64,000 bases of DNA from Octopus vulgaris (GCA_951406725.2 OX597829.1:26846001-26910000); one strand, 5' to 3'; shown: positions 12,476-28,000, numbered from the stretch's first letter. The notes: a model not told the origin generated them from the sequence alone. A program made the numbers and translations.

Positions 12476-15400
12476 CTGTAATAACATAATTATTGTTTTA
12501 AGTTATATTTTATCAGTAAATAAAAATTAATAGCTTAAAATACCCTAATAAAAGAATCAAAATTATACACACATATATACCTACATACACAACACCTCGA
12601 CCAGATTCCTCACAGGCAAGGAACAGATAAAATTATTCAGGTATAGTAAGTGATGGAATATTTAAGTTGAATCCAGTCACAAGCAACTCCATAGCTTGAA
12701 CCCTTTAGCATTCATATTACTCTGTCAAATGTAATGCTTATTTATTGACATTGTTTTGAAATAATCATGTATTGTCTCACAACTTCAAGATTTTGGTGAT
12801 GTGACTGTATATTTTTAAAATTACATCATAGGGTAGGTGTAAGAGGCTAGATCTAACAAGTTTGTACATAAAACATGTAGAATATTTGGGCCAGATATGG
12901 ACGGTTTAAATGCTAAAGGGTTAATTAACTTTACATATGTATCACAATTAGGAATGGTAGATAAGCATAAGGACTGAATCTTTCAGGCTCTCTTCCAGAC
13001 CAACTTGAAAACAGATGACAGCAACCTTATTAAAATGGCTGGTCACATTAATAGACATGTTGGGTAACACTATGTTAGCTACTCTAGTAAAATATGGAAA
13101 GTAAGATTATGGTATGAGGAATGAGAAGGGTAAATGATCTTGGAGTTTTATGACACAAATGACCTGATCCATTTACAACACTTACTTAAGAAACTGACTA
13201 GTCACTTGACTCCCTACTAATCAAATGGGGACACACCAGGAACTACAAGACAGAAGATTGTGAATAATAATGCTTTCCTCAGTGAAAGCTGAAGACAGAC
13301 TTGGCAAAATTGGTAGAAAGTGGAGAGCAAAGAACAATATCAGAAAGCCAGAAGAGAAGCTAAGTTCCAGTATATATAGCATATAGAAAAGCTGAAAGTA
13401 AGAGTTTGCCTATGCTATGTTCTGTGATCAGAAATGTGAAGTGTAGCGGGTGCTTTTTACGTGCCACTGGCACGGAGGCTAGTAGGGCAGTACTGGCATC
13501 AACCACACTCAAATGTTGCTTTTTACACGCCACTAGCACAGTGAAGAGTGTAAAACTCAACATAAGTCTAGTGGTCAACATTTCAAGATTTAGAGACATA
13601 CGACTGCTTGAAGAAAGAATTATAAAAGCCAAAAGACCTTTTGGCAAGAAGTAGGTTCAAAGTAGCAGTTGACACGTATGATCAGAAGTAAATAGCAACT
13701 TATAACATGGAGGAAGCTATGGGTTACTAGAAGAAAATCAATTATAAGCAATAGAGCACATCTGGGTGTAATAAAGCCCTAACCAGGCAGAAAATAACAT
13801 GTGGTGGAATGGTACATTAGTTAGAGCCATAAAAGCTGAAGACAGACTTGGCAAAATTGGTAAAAAGTGGAGAACAAAGAACAGTATATATAGCATATAG
13901 AAAAGCTGAAAGTATATATCAACTGTGAATATGTTTTATTAGAACAGCTCTTTATAATGTTAGCACTATAAAGATTAAGGTAATATATTTAAACACAAAC
14001 AGAAAATATCATGAATATATGGAATATAATTACAAACCTTATCTAAATCATTACAGGTTTGCTGTACTTTTTGTTCCAGTTCTTTGATTCTTTGTTGTGG
14101 ATTTGATACAACTGTTCTTGACATACTGAATATAGAAAAAATAATTATCAAAGCAAATGATAACAAATTTAAGTTGTTTGTGTGCACAAACTTGTATTAT
14201 GCATGCAGACGTATGTGTAATGCAAATGTGTTATGTGCAAATGCATATTTTCATATTTGTATGAATTTCTATGTATGCTGCATGTTGAGTGTGTTTCTGT
14301 TGTATGTATAATCATTGTAAGAATGTGAATGATTCTAATATATGCTTCATATATGCCTATGTGCACATTCTGTGTTTTACATATCTGCTACATCATCATC
14401 AACATTGTGTAATATTCAAAGGGTTCCAAGACTACATCATGCTCCAGTGTCTAAGGCTGGATGCCCTTCCTAACATCAACTACCTTAGTGTGTACAGTGT
14501 GCACTTCTGAAAGGACTCTGCAGCTCATAATACTACAAACCCTGAGGGAGGGATACAGCTTTGTGCCAGGCGGTGAAGGTTAAGGTATGAGAGAAGAGCA
14601 AGTTCTTGTTATAGACAAGCTACCTGGCACCTCACATTTGTTACATGTAAGTTCATGCATATAATCATAACATGTACAATGTGTCAAATATGCATAACTT
14701 ACGTGTTTTATAGGATAAAACATAAATTTTTGATATGTTCATGCCTCTCCCTAGGGCCATTGATAATGCTACCCAAGTGAAATGGCTACAACTGAGAATC
14801 AAAATAAAGACACCTGACTTCTATACTATGCACCACTTATTAAGTAACGCTATTTATTATTAGCTAACAACGCTATGTAACACTACTCACTTCTCATGTA
14901 ATAACATTTATTGCAACAATTATATAAGTTATCATTACATCTGAGGACAGCAAATTTAAATGAGATGCTAAGGTGTTACATTATATGCACTTTTCAAATT
15001 ATTTAAATTTGATCCATCTCTGTTCTGATTTCAAATCCTTCTGCTGGCACTTGTTAGGAACCAAGAATCCCAAGGTTAATTGAATACATACCATTAAAAA
15101 TTCTGTAGTTAAATCTTTTGATTTACTACACACACAACACAGGTGCAGGTATACATGGTTAAGAATTTAGCCTTAATCTGAGTACATAACCTTAGACAAA
15201 TGCCAGATCGACTAATAATGAGTGGAATTTGGCAAATGGAAAGTGAGCAGATGCTTGTCATACACACATTCATTTTATGTCCACTTTCCCATTAGTTAGA
15301 GAAATGTATTACAAAGGTATGTTTTACAATGAAATATCCTTCCTGACATAAGTAGCTTCCCTACAGGAAGAAACTTGTTCTGATCTGGTTCTTTTTCTTG

Positions 15401-18400
15401 TACTTTATGCTCTAGTTTCCTTGACTAAAGTTACCTCCTTCTCTACTGCAGCCCAACTCAATTGAAGGGGATTTTAGTCTTGCAAGCTGCCTGACAATTT
15501 CAGTAGTGCTGCGCCATGACAAAAAAAAAAAAAAACACCCACTTCAAGTATTAAAGTGGTTGTCATTGCAAAAGGCATCCAGACATAGAAACTATTCAAA
15601 AGTAGACACTGGTGCATGATTCAGTCACCAAACTCATTGGATCCCATCAAATTGTTAAACTCACACCAGCATGAAAGACAGACAGAAAAAAAAGAAGGAA
15701 AGGTGTGTGTGTGTGCGTGCGCGCATGAATGCATGTTTCTCTTCACACCAGAATGAAAACTGGTGTTGGTTATGTTTCTTGTTTCAGTGCTGTCTGTTAC
15801 CTAGTCACTTCAACAAATAAGGGTCAATAAAAATAAATGCCCAACTGAGACAAATAAAAGAGTACAGTCCCTTTACAAAGTCTAACAACATCCTTAACCC
15901 TTAAGCATTCATATTAATTTGACAAAAATAATCCTTATTTATTCACATTTAAAAAATTTATCTAATATTATTTTGTAGCTTCAAGATAGGAAAGATATAA
16001 TTTGCTTATTTTTAGAATGACATTGCAGGGTAGGTGTGAGATGCTGGTTCTGGCCAGTTTGAGCATAAAATGTGTAGAATATTTGGGCCGGATACAGCCG
16101 GTTTAAACACTAAAGGGTTAAGGAAGAAGTTGAGATAAAATTGTACCTTTTGTCTTTATTCTGAGGAGTTAAGAGTTCATTTTTCTCTTTTGCTTGTAAT
16201 ACTTGTTCACTTGACTGTTTTTGATTCTTCATTTGTGTACCTGCAGAGAAATAAAATACAAATAATCTAAGTTCATCCACGTGTGAAAATGATGTTCCCT
16301 ATACATACTGGTTAGGTGTGTATAGAGTCTGGTGATGTGGGTGGGTGTATAGTATGCTTGTGTATACCAACACTATACATTTACACACACACACACCACA
16401 TACAGTATAATATTGTGTGTATGATGTTATGCATGGTGCATCTACATAATGTGTGTGCACAACAGTGTAACAGTGTGAGTCATTGTGTAACGCAGTGGTT
16501 TTCAACCAGGGTTCCGCGGAACCTTAGGGTTCCGCCAGAAGTTACAAAACTGCTAAAATCAGCAGTAATTTTTAATTCTCCTGTGCAGATATGTGTGCAT
16601 AAAACTATTAAATTATTGCACAGGGGTTCCTCGAGCCAGTGGAATGTTTCCTTGGGGTTCCGCTCCAGCAAAAAGTTTGAAAAGCACTGGTGTAACGTAT
16701 CGTTTGTGTATGTCAGTATAACATAGGACCGGACTAGTGTGCATCTGATGTGTCAACAGTATTGTGAATGTTTATGTAGTTTTATTTGTATGTGCACACA
16801 TATACAAGCATGAACGAGTTAAGTGTTGTACAAGAGATCCATTGTTACTGCAGTGACGTAAGTCATTATAAACCTTTAATCAGTGGTAATACGACATAAC
16901 GGTCATGTTGCCCAAATAGGTATAATTGTTAGTTTCCCATTGGTTGAAATTACTGCCCATATTTGAATTCTAAACTTTCGTCAAAGAGAAATCTTTCAGG
17001 AAATATGGTTCCTAGAATTCAGGTATGAGCAGTTATAAAAACCCTGATTTTTGAGAGATTAATCAGTGATCGTTGGTTGTCAATCGACTCCATGACATTC
17101 ACACTCAGTGTTCATTGGCTGTCGCTTATTTCCACGACACTCACTCTTGAGATATTGGCTATCGTTATGCCATGTCTATTACTTAATTCAACAAGGTTAT
17201 TTTGATTTCTTGTGTAAAACTCTAGTAGCTTAGTATGGAAGAATTAATTAATATAAATTTTATAATGAAATTTACTTCTGCAACTATGAAACTGTTATTA
17301 TAGCGGTGGAAAAGAGCAAGCTTTATTCATCTTCAACATACATGCACGTTCAGTGTCTTGGAGTGTATAATTTATCACAGCGTTTACTCAGCCTGAGTTA
17401 AGATTTATGTATAGTTAAGATTTATGTAAAAAGCACCCACTACACTCACGGACTGGTTGGCGTTAGGAAGGGCATCCAGCCGTAGAAACATTGCCAGATC
17501 AGACTGGGCCTGATGCAGCCTTCTGGCTTCACAGACCCCAGTTGAACCGTCCAACCCATGCTGGCATGGAAAGCGGACACTAAATGATGATGATAATACT
17601 TATAATTAAGTTATAAGTGACGGGTTTATCACCATAGATTTCCACTCAATAAACATCTATATTTATTCACTTTTCCAAGTTCGAACACATTATAAATTGG
17701 TGACCAATAGGCACAGCAATGGCTGTGTGGTAAGTAGCTTGCTTACCAACCACATGGTTCCGGGTTCAATCCCACAACGTGGCACCTTGGGCAAGTGTTT
17801 TCTACTATAGCCTCGGGCTGACCAAAGCCTTGTGAGTGGATTTGGTAGACAGAAACTGAAAGAAGCCCATCGTATATATGTATGTGTGTGTGTGTGTGTG
17901 TGTGTGTTTGTGTATCTGTTTGTCCCCCCAACATTGCTTGACAACTGATGGTAGTGTGTTTACGTCGCCGTAACTTAGCGGTTCGACAAAAGAGACCGAT
18001 AGAATAAGTACTAGGCTTATAAAGAATAAGTCCTGGGGTCGATTTGCTCAACTAAAGGTGGTACTCCAGCATGGCCACAGTCAAATGACTGAAACAAGTA
18101 AAAGAGTAACCGATGTTGATTACGAAGTCTACTCGGGAGAATAATCACCATATAAATAGGTAACTCACCGTTATACTACTTATCAAACACTTTCAATGCA
18201 TGTCTTTCAGTATGCATAGCTTACCATGTGTCTTCCATACAGACTACCTCACTCCCTTACATGTTTTCACTTCATACATAACCCACCAATAAACCTAACC
18301 ACACACTCTACATGTATTTCACAACACATGTATTCTACAACATATGTACCTCACGTACAGAAATCACCCAGACACAATTCAGTACCAACTCTGAAAAAAA

Positions 18401-20828
18401 GAAAGAAAAAATAAAACATTCTTTAGAAATAATCAAAATGTACACTTACTTTCTATTGCCTTTGTTGCAACATTCACAAGGTTTGACCATTCTAATGAAG
18501 CAGTGGACCCCACTAACGGAATTCGGGAGTTAGGTGATGGGGATGAATATTTTCGCCTGGTTGGAGGAGACACTAAGGATTTATCACTTCGCACACTTGG
18601 AGAGAGTCTTTGAAAAATAAAAAAGGAAATAAATAAGAAAGAAAGAAAACTGATAACATATTACACAAATTTAAGCAGATTTAAGACAAATTTATATCTT
18701 GACAAAGCAGAGATGGGAAGAATATAAAACACACATTCACACTGTGATCTACCACACACTGGTGTCTACTTGGAGCTAAGTAAACACAGCTATCAGCAGA
18801 TAAATGATTTGACATTGAACACAGTGCACTGATGGAGACATGATGCAAATTAATGAATGTTTTAACATTCTAGTTCTTAATTGATTAAAGTCTCAGTAGA
18901 ACTAATAATAAAAGAATATACTTATGTGTGTATGTGTTATCACAATGACAGACCAATGGCTGTCACCAGTAAATGATCACACAACCACATTGTATATATA
19001 TCATTACTATTATGTTAAACTGTTGTATGTCCAAATTTGGCCAAATGCATTTTTTGTTTCAATATTTTTGCTTGCAATAGCCACTTTATTTTTGTTAAAC
19101 TATCAGATCTCCGGCTACTTATCTGGCAAGATATCAAAAACTGTCAAAGTGCAGTACAATGCTTTTGCTATAGAATGGTGAAACTATTTTTCCATTTTCA
19201 TTTTGGACTTACAACACTTTTGCACAATAGCAACAATATACACACACATTACTGTGTCTGGGGAGAGTCATTTTGCCTTATTAACTAACACACTGCTTCA
19301 ACTTCCATTCAATTTATTTATATATATTTTTCCTTTCAGAATTTTCATTGTTTCTGGCAACCATCTCAATAGTTGTTGACAGTCTGTTTATCAGAGCCGT
19401 GTTCCCTTTGTTTGTTTGTATGCATGTGTGCAAACCAGATGCAAAAACCAAAAGTATAAGATCAGGGTGGAGGAAGTTCAGAGAACTACTACCTCTGTTG
19501 GCAGCAAAAGGATTGTTTCTCAGAGGGTGAAAGGTAGATTGTATGATTGCACGTGTGATAACGGCTATGTTATATGGTAGTAAGACATAGGCACCGACTG
19601 TGGAGGACATGCGTAGGATGGAAAAGAATGAAGGTAGTATGCTCTGTTGGATTTGCAACACCAGTATGCATGACCAGCAAAGCATAATTGTGTTGAGAGA
19701 AAAGTTAGGCATAAGAGGGATTAAATGTGGTATGCAGGAGAAGAGAATACGTTGGTTTGGACATGTGGTGCATATGAGTGAAGACAGCTGTATACAGAAG
19801 TGCCTGTCACTGAAAGTGGAAGGTACTTGTGGAAGAGGGAGACCCAGGAAGACATGGGATGAAGTGGTGAGGAATGATCTTAGGATGTTGGGGGCTCATG
19901 GAGGAAATGACAGTCCAACGAGGTGTTTGGCAATATGAGGTTCTAGTGAAGACCCATCCACAAAACTGAGTCCCACCCACATGTAACAACACACTTTCCA
20001 CCCAATCTACCCTAAGAAACCGAACTACAACTTCTCCTCTAACTGCATCTTTCTCTTCTTTACATTTCCTCTTCATAAATTGCGATTGTTTTCCAATCCC
20101 CTTTCTTGCTCTCATTGCCGTGTTCGCTGTATTGCTGATCCCCACACCCCCAACATTCACTCCCTATTTTTCTACCCAGGTTCTACGCTCATATTCTTGT
20201 TACTTGTGAATATACCCTAGCACTATATCATCTCTTTACTCTCTCTTCCACTTTTGCTGTTTCCTACTCTCTCTCTCTCTCTTGCCTTTGGTCACTATCT
20301 CTCTTCTATTGTTTTTCCTCTGACAAGGTAACCAAGTATCTCCTTTACATCAGCACACTTGTTTCTGGCCTCTTTCTTGTACCTCTCACTAATTCTCTAT
20401 CTTACTAGGTAACCATGTACCTCCTCTATAGCAAGACATCTATTTCTGCCTCTCTATTTCTCTGTTACACTCTAACCTTTCATTGTCTGGCACAAGTCCC
20501 CCTCTTCACATGCTCCTCTCATAATTCCTTATCTTGTGAGTTACTTGGTAACTCTGCCAGTGCTGGTGCTACATTAAAAGCATCCAGACCACACTATAAA
20601 GTGATTGGCATTTGGAAGGGCATCCAACTGTAAAAATCATGCTGAAACTGACTTCATCTGTGCTAGTGCTACATAAAAAACACTTTGCAGAGTGGTTGGT
20701 AAAATTCAACCGTAAAATCTCTGCCAAAACAGACACAGTAGCCTAGAGTAGTTTTTCTATCTGACCGGCTCCTGTCAACTGTCCTACTTATGCATGCATG
20801 GAAGATGGACATTAAACGATGATGATTG

Positions 20829-20869
<41 letters not shown>

Positions 20870-21344
20870 TTTGGTTAGGTGTTGCAATACAAACAACCTG
20901 GTGTAGAACTCAATATACATATGCTTCAAAACGAAGTGTTACTCAAGTACAGAACAGTAATAAGAAAATGAGATGACAAAGGAATAAGTGATTATGAACT
21001 TCATAAGCTTACAACTGTTTCTGCTATAAGATGCAGTGGACTCACAGCTGAGTGTCTGAGTAACACCTTATAGCTTCATCATCAGAGTCCACCGCATCTT
21101 ACAGAAGAAACAACTGTAAGCTAGTGAAGTTCTTAAGATATTCCTTTGACATCTAATTTTCTTATAAATATATATATCATCATCATTATCATCATCGTTT
21201 AACGTCCGTTTTCCGCGCTAGCACGTGTTGGACGGTTCGACCGGGGATCTGGGAAGCCAGGAGGCTGCACCAGGCTCCAGTCTGATCTGGCAGTGTTTCT
21301 ACAGCTGGATGCCCTTCCTAACACCAACCACTCCGTGAGTGTAG

Positions 21345-21391
<47 letters not shown>

Positions 21392-22021
21392 TCATCACCA
21401 TTTAGCGTCCGTTTTCCATGCTAGCATGGGTTGGACGGTTCAACTGGGGTCTGGGGAGCCCGAAGGCTGCACCAGGTCAGTCAGATCTGGCAGTGTTTCT
21501 ACAGCTGGATGCCCTTCCTAACGCCAACCACTCCGAGAGTGTAGTGGGTGATTTTATGTGCCACCGACACAGGTGCCAGACAAGGTTGGCGAACGGCCAT
21601 GCTCGGATGGTGTTTTTTATGTGCCACCGATATATATATATGTATAAGTAAATATTTTGTTTATGTCATAAGACTTTAGAAACTTTCAGGGAACATGTAA
21701 TATTTAACTTGTTTTTAACAATAGAATTCAAAGTAGATAAAGCTATAAATAGTAGCTTCTTAACTTTCTATCCAAAATACTGTTTTATGAATAGAAAGTT
21801 CAAATCAAGTGCATGTGTGTGTGTGTGTGTATTTGTATACATATGTATAATTAATGAGATTTAATATGAACTTCTGCAGATTGCTGACTGTAAGGGAATT
21901 GAGAGTTAGGAGAGGTTCCAGAAGCAAGAAACAGGTTCTGAGAGGAAAAATTACATGCAGTGTTTAGTACAAAGGTAGTTAAACAATTTTCTAGGCCAGA
22001 GGACCAGATGCCACTGTAGTC

Positions 22022-22080
<59 letters not shown>

Positions 22081-25000
22081 AATAGAGAGAGTGGGGGGAG
22101 GAGAAAGAGAGCAGCACAATGGTATGTGAAAGAAGATTTGTTCAATAAATCATTTGTGCTTAGGAGGAAAGGTCTATAACGTTTATAGGGGTAGAAGCTA
22201 AGCAGGTACGACTGGGTGCCTAAAGAAGTTTACTCTGCAGTCACATGGTGCTGGGTTCAATTCTGCTATGCACACACTTTAGACAAACAAGTGTATTCAG
22301 CCATAGCTTCAAGGCTTGGCAATGAGGATTGGGTTAAAATGAAATTTTATAAAATAAATTTTTTTTTAAATACAACATTAAGCAATGTAAAATAAAAAAA
22401 AAAATAAAGAAAAGAAAAGAAAAGAAAACACACAGACCTATCCCTAGGATCTTTTTCTGATTTGATCATTGCAACTTGTTTCCTGACAGGTGCATTTTTG
22501 CTAAACCGAAGGTCTATAGTGGCATAATTTTCCACATTTATATTCGGGACTGCGGAACTTTTGCTACTGTTAAGACTTTCTTCAGAAGTGGCTCGCTGTA
22601 AAGGAGTGCTCACTGCTTGCACATAAAGCCCTTCCTGCAAGAGGAATAAACATGTAAAAATCAGTCATATTTTCTTTAAACAGTTCCTACATGATGAAAT
22701 TCATTTATATTTATAATTGCGTCGATAAATTGAGAAAATGAAGATATATTTTTAAAAATAAGGTTTATTAGAATGAAACAAATTAAGATAATTTTGATAA
22801 CATAATTAGTAATTAATGAACTATTTTTAATCACCTGCTTTTCATTTTATATTTTAAAAAAATTTAGGTACATAATATATATTATATAAAATACAAGTTA
22901 TGTTTACTAACTTGTAGTTTATATAATTTTTATATAAAAATGAAATAGATAGTTCTTTTCAACTTCTTATTCTACACATAGGCATAGGAGTGGCTGTGTG
23001 GTAAGTAGCAACAATAACAACAAAAACACATACAACACTTGGTATATTTTTCAAAGATCTCTGTATTAATATTTAATAATTCCATAATCATGACAGATAT
23101 ATTTATTTTAAAGACAATTCTACTCACAGGAGACTTATCTAAATCTTCAGGTGGATTGGTGGTGCTAATATTATTGAAGAGTCGTAATAAATCTTCTTGC
23201 AAATTACTGGTGTTTACTGCATGCTTTGTGTTAGAATGGTGAGGAGTCCTGGTCACTGCACTATTAGAAATAGCAGCATGCATTGAGGAACTGGTGTGGG
23301 GAACAGCAGGAATTCCAACATTACCAACACGGTTCTTGGAGCTCAAAGATTCTTCTGAAGATCTTCCTGATAAATTTCTTTTGGAAAATTGAAGAGAAAA
23401 ATATATTAGACTTTTTTCTTTTTTTTTACTGTCTTGAATTTTTCTTGTGTATATGTTCCTGTATATTTGTGAGTGGGTGTGTGTATATATATATATGTCT
23501 GTGCATGCATATCTGTGAGTGGGTGCATATAAATTTATGTACACATAGCTGTCAGTGGGTACTCAACACTTAAATCAAAACCTTTTATTTTAATTTTACA
23601 TAAAAATTCGTTTTTAAATTTGGTTTGAAAGATTATATGAGTTCGTATGTTGAAGCATATTCTGTTGTGTCTGGGGAGAGTCATTTTCTTTTTGTGCCTT
23701 ATAATGTAACACACTCACCGGTAAAATTTCCACTTATTTCTTATTTTTATTTTCCTAAAATTTTCGTTGCATCTTGCAACCTTTTCAATAGTCTTGACTA
23801 TTGAAAAGGTTGAAAAGACTATTGAAAAAGTTACAAGACACAATGAAAATTTTAGGAAAATAATAAGTGGAAATTTTACTGGTGAGTGTGTTACATTATA
23901 AGGCACAAAAAGAAAAAGACTCTCCCTAGACACAACAGAATTTACATAAAAACTTTTCTGCTATGTTCCAAAACGCTGTTTATTACATTAGTTAAGAAAG
24001 CTGGTTATTTTACAAAGTCTCTCAACATTCTCGATAATTTTCGAAGTTAATTTTCGAAGTTAATTGCAGTAGACAATGTAAGAATATAGTAGGAAAAAAT
24101 AGAAAAAAATTTTGTGGCAACTTACTTGCTAGATGACCTTGGACTGCTACTACAACTGCTACTAGCAGGTGAAGTGTCAAACTGACCCCGTTTATAAAGA
24201 CCTTCTGGCCGGCCCTTGCTATTACTAATTAGATGCTCCATTTTCTTTCGAGAAGTACTACCAATGCCAGATAACATCTCTTCTGAAAGTGAAAGATTGA
24301 TGTTTTAGAACATGAATCTATGAACAAATATAAATACATACACACAACCACCTTTTCTGTTCCTCAAACCTATTCTCACTCTCATTCACCTAATGTTTTT
24401 TTATCACACATCTCTCACTCTCCTTCCAGAAGGGGAAGTTTCATTTTTCAGCAAGATGTTTGCTCTTGTCCTTCTACCATACTTTCATATCACTCAATGC
24501 TATCCTTGATTTAGTTGAGGAGTCTTGTCTTGCTGGTACTTAGTAACCTCAGCAATGCTGATGCCATGAAAAAAAAAAAAAAAAAGGACCTTGTACACTA
24601 TGAAGCGGTTAACATTAGGAAGGGCATCCAGATACAGAAACCATGCCAAAGCAAACACTGGAGCTCAGTGCAGCACTCAGGCTTGTTAGTTCTTATCACA
24701 TCATCCAACCCATGTGAACTTGGAAAGAGAGATGTTAAATGATGATTTTATATATATATATACACACACACACGTAAAAAGCACCATCCAAATGTGGCCG
24801 ATGCCAGCGCCGCCTCGACTGGCTTCCATGCCGGTGGCACGTGTAAAAAGCACAAATCAATCACGGCCATTGCCAGCCTCCCCTGGCACATAAAAAGCAC
24901 CCACTACATTCACGGAGAGGTTGGCGTTAGGAAGGACATCCAGCTGTAGAAACACTGCAAGGTCAGACTGGAGCCTGGTGCAGCCTCCTGGCTTTCCAGA

Positions 25001-28000
25001 TCCCGGTCAAACCGTCCAACCCATGCTAGCATGGAAAATGGACGTTAAACGATGATGATATGATGATGACACACACATTTTGGTTTTTCAGACTATGCAA
25101 TAGCAACCAAATCTCTCTTCAATTTATCAATAAATGAAGGACACATTCAATGATGTAGTCCTATATAGCCATACCAAAGACTGATTATGGCTGGAATACT
25201 TTTGATCAAGATCCTTCCTGATCAGAGCTAACACAAACCTAAATAATGATGCAAACATGTGTGTGCATACAACAGAATTCTATATAGTTTTTGTCAACCA
25301 AATCCACTTACAAGGCTTGGCTCAGCCTAGGGTTATTGCAGAGTTATTTCCAAGATGTTACACAATGTGAATGAACCTGAAATCATGTCATTGGGAAGTA
25401 AACTTCTTCACCACACAGCCATGCTTGTGTTTATAAAGTTAAAAATCAATATTTTCTTTAAACTGCCAAAATATGAAGATATGACAGAGGAGGTGTCAGG
25501 TACATCAACTGAACAATCTCTTATCTTTCATTTGTTTCAATTGTTAAACTGTGGCCAAGCTGGAGCATGGACAGTTTTAGCTGAACAATCAATGCCAGTA
25601 CATATTTTGTAAGTTTGGTACTTAATCTTTCACTCTCTTTTGCCAAACCATTAAGTTGTTAGGACATAAACATACCAACACTGATTGCTATGCAATCAAC
25701 GGTGGGTGGACAGATACACAATACACAAGCACATGCATAACTTCGACAGCTTCCACCTACCAAATTCACTCATAAGGCATTAAAAGGCCTGAAGCAGAAA
25801 ACATTAGACCAGTGGGACTGAACTCACAACATGGACACAAAGTGAACTTTTTAACCGCACATCCATACCTATAAAACGATTTAACATTTAAAGCTGAAAC
25901 TGATTTCCAACAAAGCTATAGAAACTATTTTAACTGACCTTGGCAAGACAGCTGCATGAAATTTTCTGAAGATTTGTAACCATGAGATGAACTATTTGTG
26001 AAGCAAACATCTATACCCTGACCAAAATTGGTGGCACTGCTGATTATACGCTCTGGAGCGCTGTTCTTCCGTTGTTGTCGTAATAAATATTTAGTATTTT
26101 GGTTCTGCTTCATTAGTTCCAGTGATATATTTCCTGACTGTGGTGTACCTGGCGACACATAATCACTCATAGTGCTGCTGACATACGGATGTTGCTTTTC
26201 TATAGCTTGCATACTGTTGCTGTTACTGACAGCTGCCGACTTTACCGATACTGGGGAGTTGGAACTGGCTGAAAGACTGTGACTTGATAATTTATCTTTC
26301 TCAGATGGGCTAGAATAGCTTCCACCACTGCTGCTAATTGCAGATGTATCCTCTTTGCAATTACTTTCAAAATGTTGTACAAGTTTGCTTATCTAGATTA
26401 AAAACAGAGAAATTAGAAATTTTGACTAAAATTGTATACATTTAACAAAAAAATCTTTTAGAAAAATTAATAACTGAAACAAAGCATTTCAACATAATTA
26501 TAGATTTAGGTAACACATAGATATTACAATTTGTGATTTCTCTATTTAAATTAAGTTCAATTTGGAAGAAATTTATTTCAGACAAGTTAGTCAAAAATCA
26601 TCACAATACACACACAGAAAGTTTAAGGATGGTATAAGGACTATGAAGTCACTTGGAATGGATCCAGAGGACATAGAAACCCTTGCTTTGGATCGAGCTG
26701 GATGGCAAACAAAAATGTGGAGTGGAGTGAAAGCATTTGAAGAGGTCAGGATAACACATGCAAGACTTAAGAGAGAGATTTAAGGAAGAATGTTACAATT
26801 GAGAAAGTGAATCACAATGACCTTCTTGTGTGCATAGTTTGTAACAGACCATGCCTTTCTTTTGCTGGGCTCAAATCACATTTGCGAACCTATGGAAAAT
26901 GAACCTCCACCAACTATTCTGCCTATATATTTGTGCACACCTTTCAATGTATGCAATGTATGCCAGAAGGTTTTGCAAATCTAATGGAGGCCTCAAAAGA
27001 CATTTTAAGTTGTATATATATCAGAACTTATCTGCAGCTCTTGGTGGATATGCAAATTGGATATGCAGTCTATATGGGTGTCTTTTCAAAACACTGTCTG
27101 GTTTAAAAAGCCATGATGGTTCTAAGGTGTAGGTAGAGGAGGTGGTCAGACTCTGCATAAGGAGTAGACAACTCCCCTCACACACATGCGCGTGCGCAGA
27201 TATACCATCATCAGGTTGAGCTTGCTCCAACATTTTTAAGCCAATGTCATCATTAGTTGAGGGAGGGCTTCAGGGAGGCATCCAGTATCCTCTGGTGAGC
27301 TGATCTACGTATGTTGTGTTCGGACAACCTGCTCAAGTACAGCTATGGTTTGACATTCATAGCAGTAAATCAATTGCCAACTCTATTTTACCTCACCAGC
27401 AACATCCTACGAAGTTCAAGTGCCTATCACTTATGGAGAGAGACACATAGAGATCTTTTCTGTTGCAGTCAAAGATTTTGAAATTTTGAAATTAATTAGA
27501 AATTTTCAAATTTGGTATAGTGATGTCATTTTTCATGCTGGATCTGATGTTGTGATCTATTTATTCCAAAATTTTTTTAGAAAAATGTTACAGATGTTTA
27601 AAGTTCAATATTTTAGCCCGATCAGAAAATAAGATTTGGAAGCTAGCATTTTGAGTGTGATAGCTCTTTATCACCAAATGAAAGCAAACATTACAACAAG
27701 AAAGTGTTAAACAAAATAAAAGCAATTACATGACATATGAAGAGAGATAATGTAGATTAGCATATGCAAGAGATACATATACAGAGTAACAGTGACAGAG
27801 TGTGTGGTGTGTGTATGTATCATCATCATCGTTTAACGTCCGTTCTCCATGCTAGCATGGGTTGGATGGTTCGACCGGGGATCTGGGAAGCCAGGAGGCT
27901 GCACCAGGCTCCAGTCTTATCTGGCAATGTTTCTACAGCTGGATGCCCTTCCTAACGCCAACCACTCCGTGAGAGTAGTGGGTGCTTTTTACATGCCACC

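Noticed and set aside
21851-21937. Strong-looking acceptor (tttttcctctcag) and short [18 protein letters not shown]
   Set aside because: That ORF is out of phase with the upstream exon and I found no phase-compatible donor.
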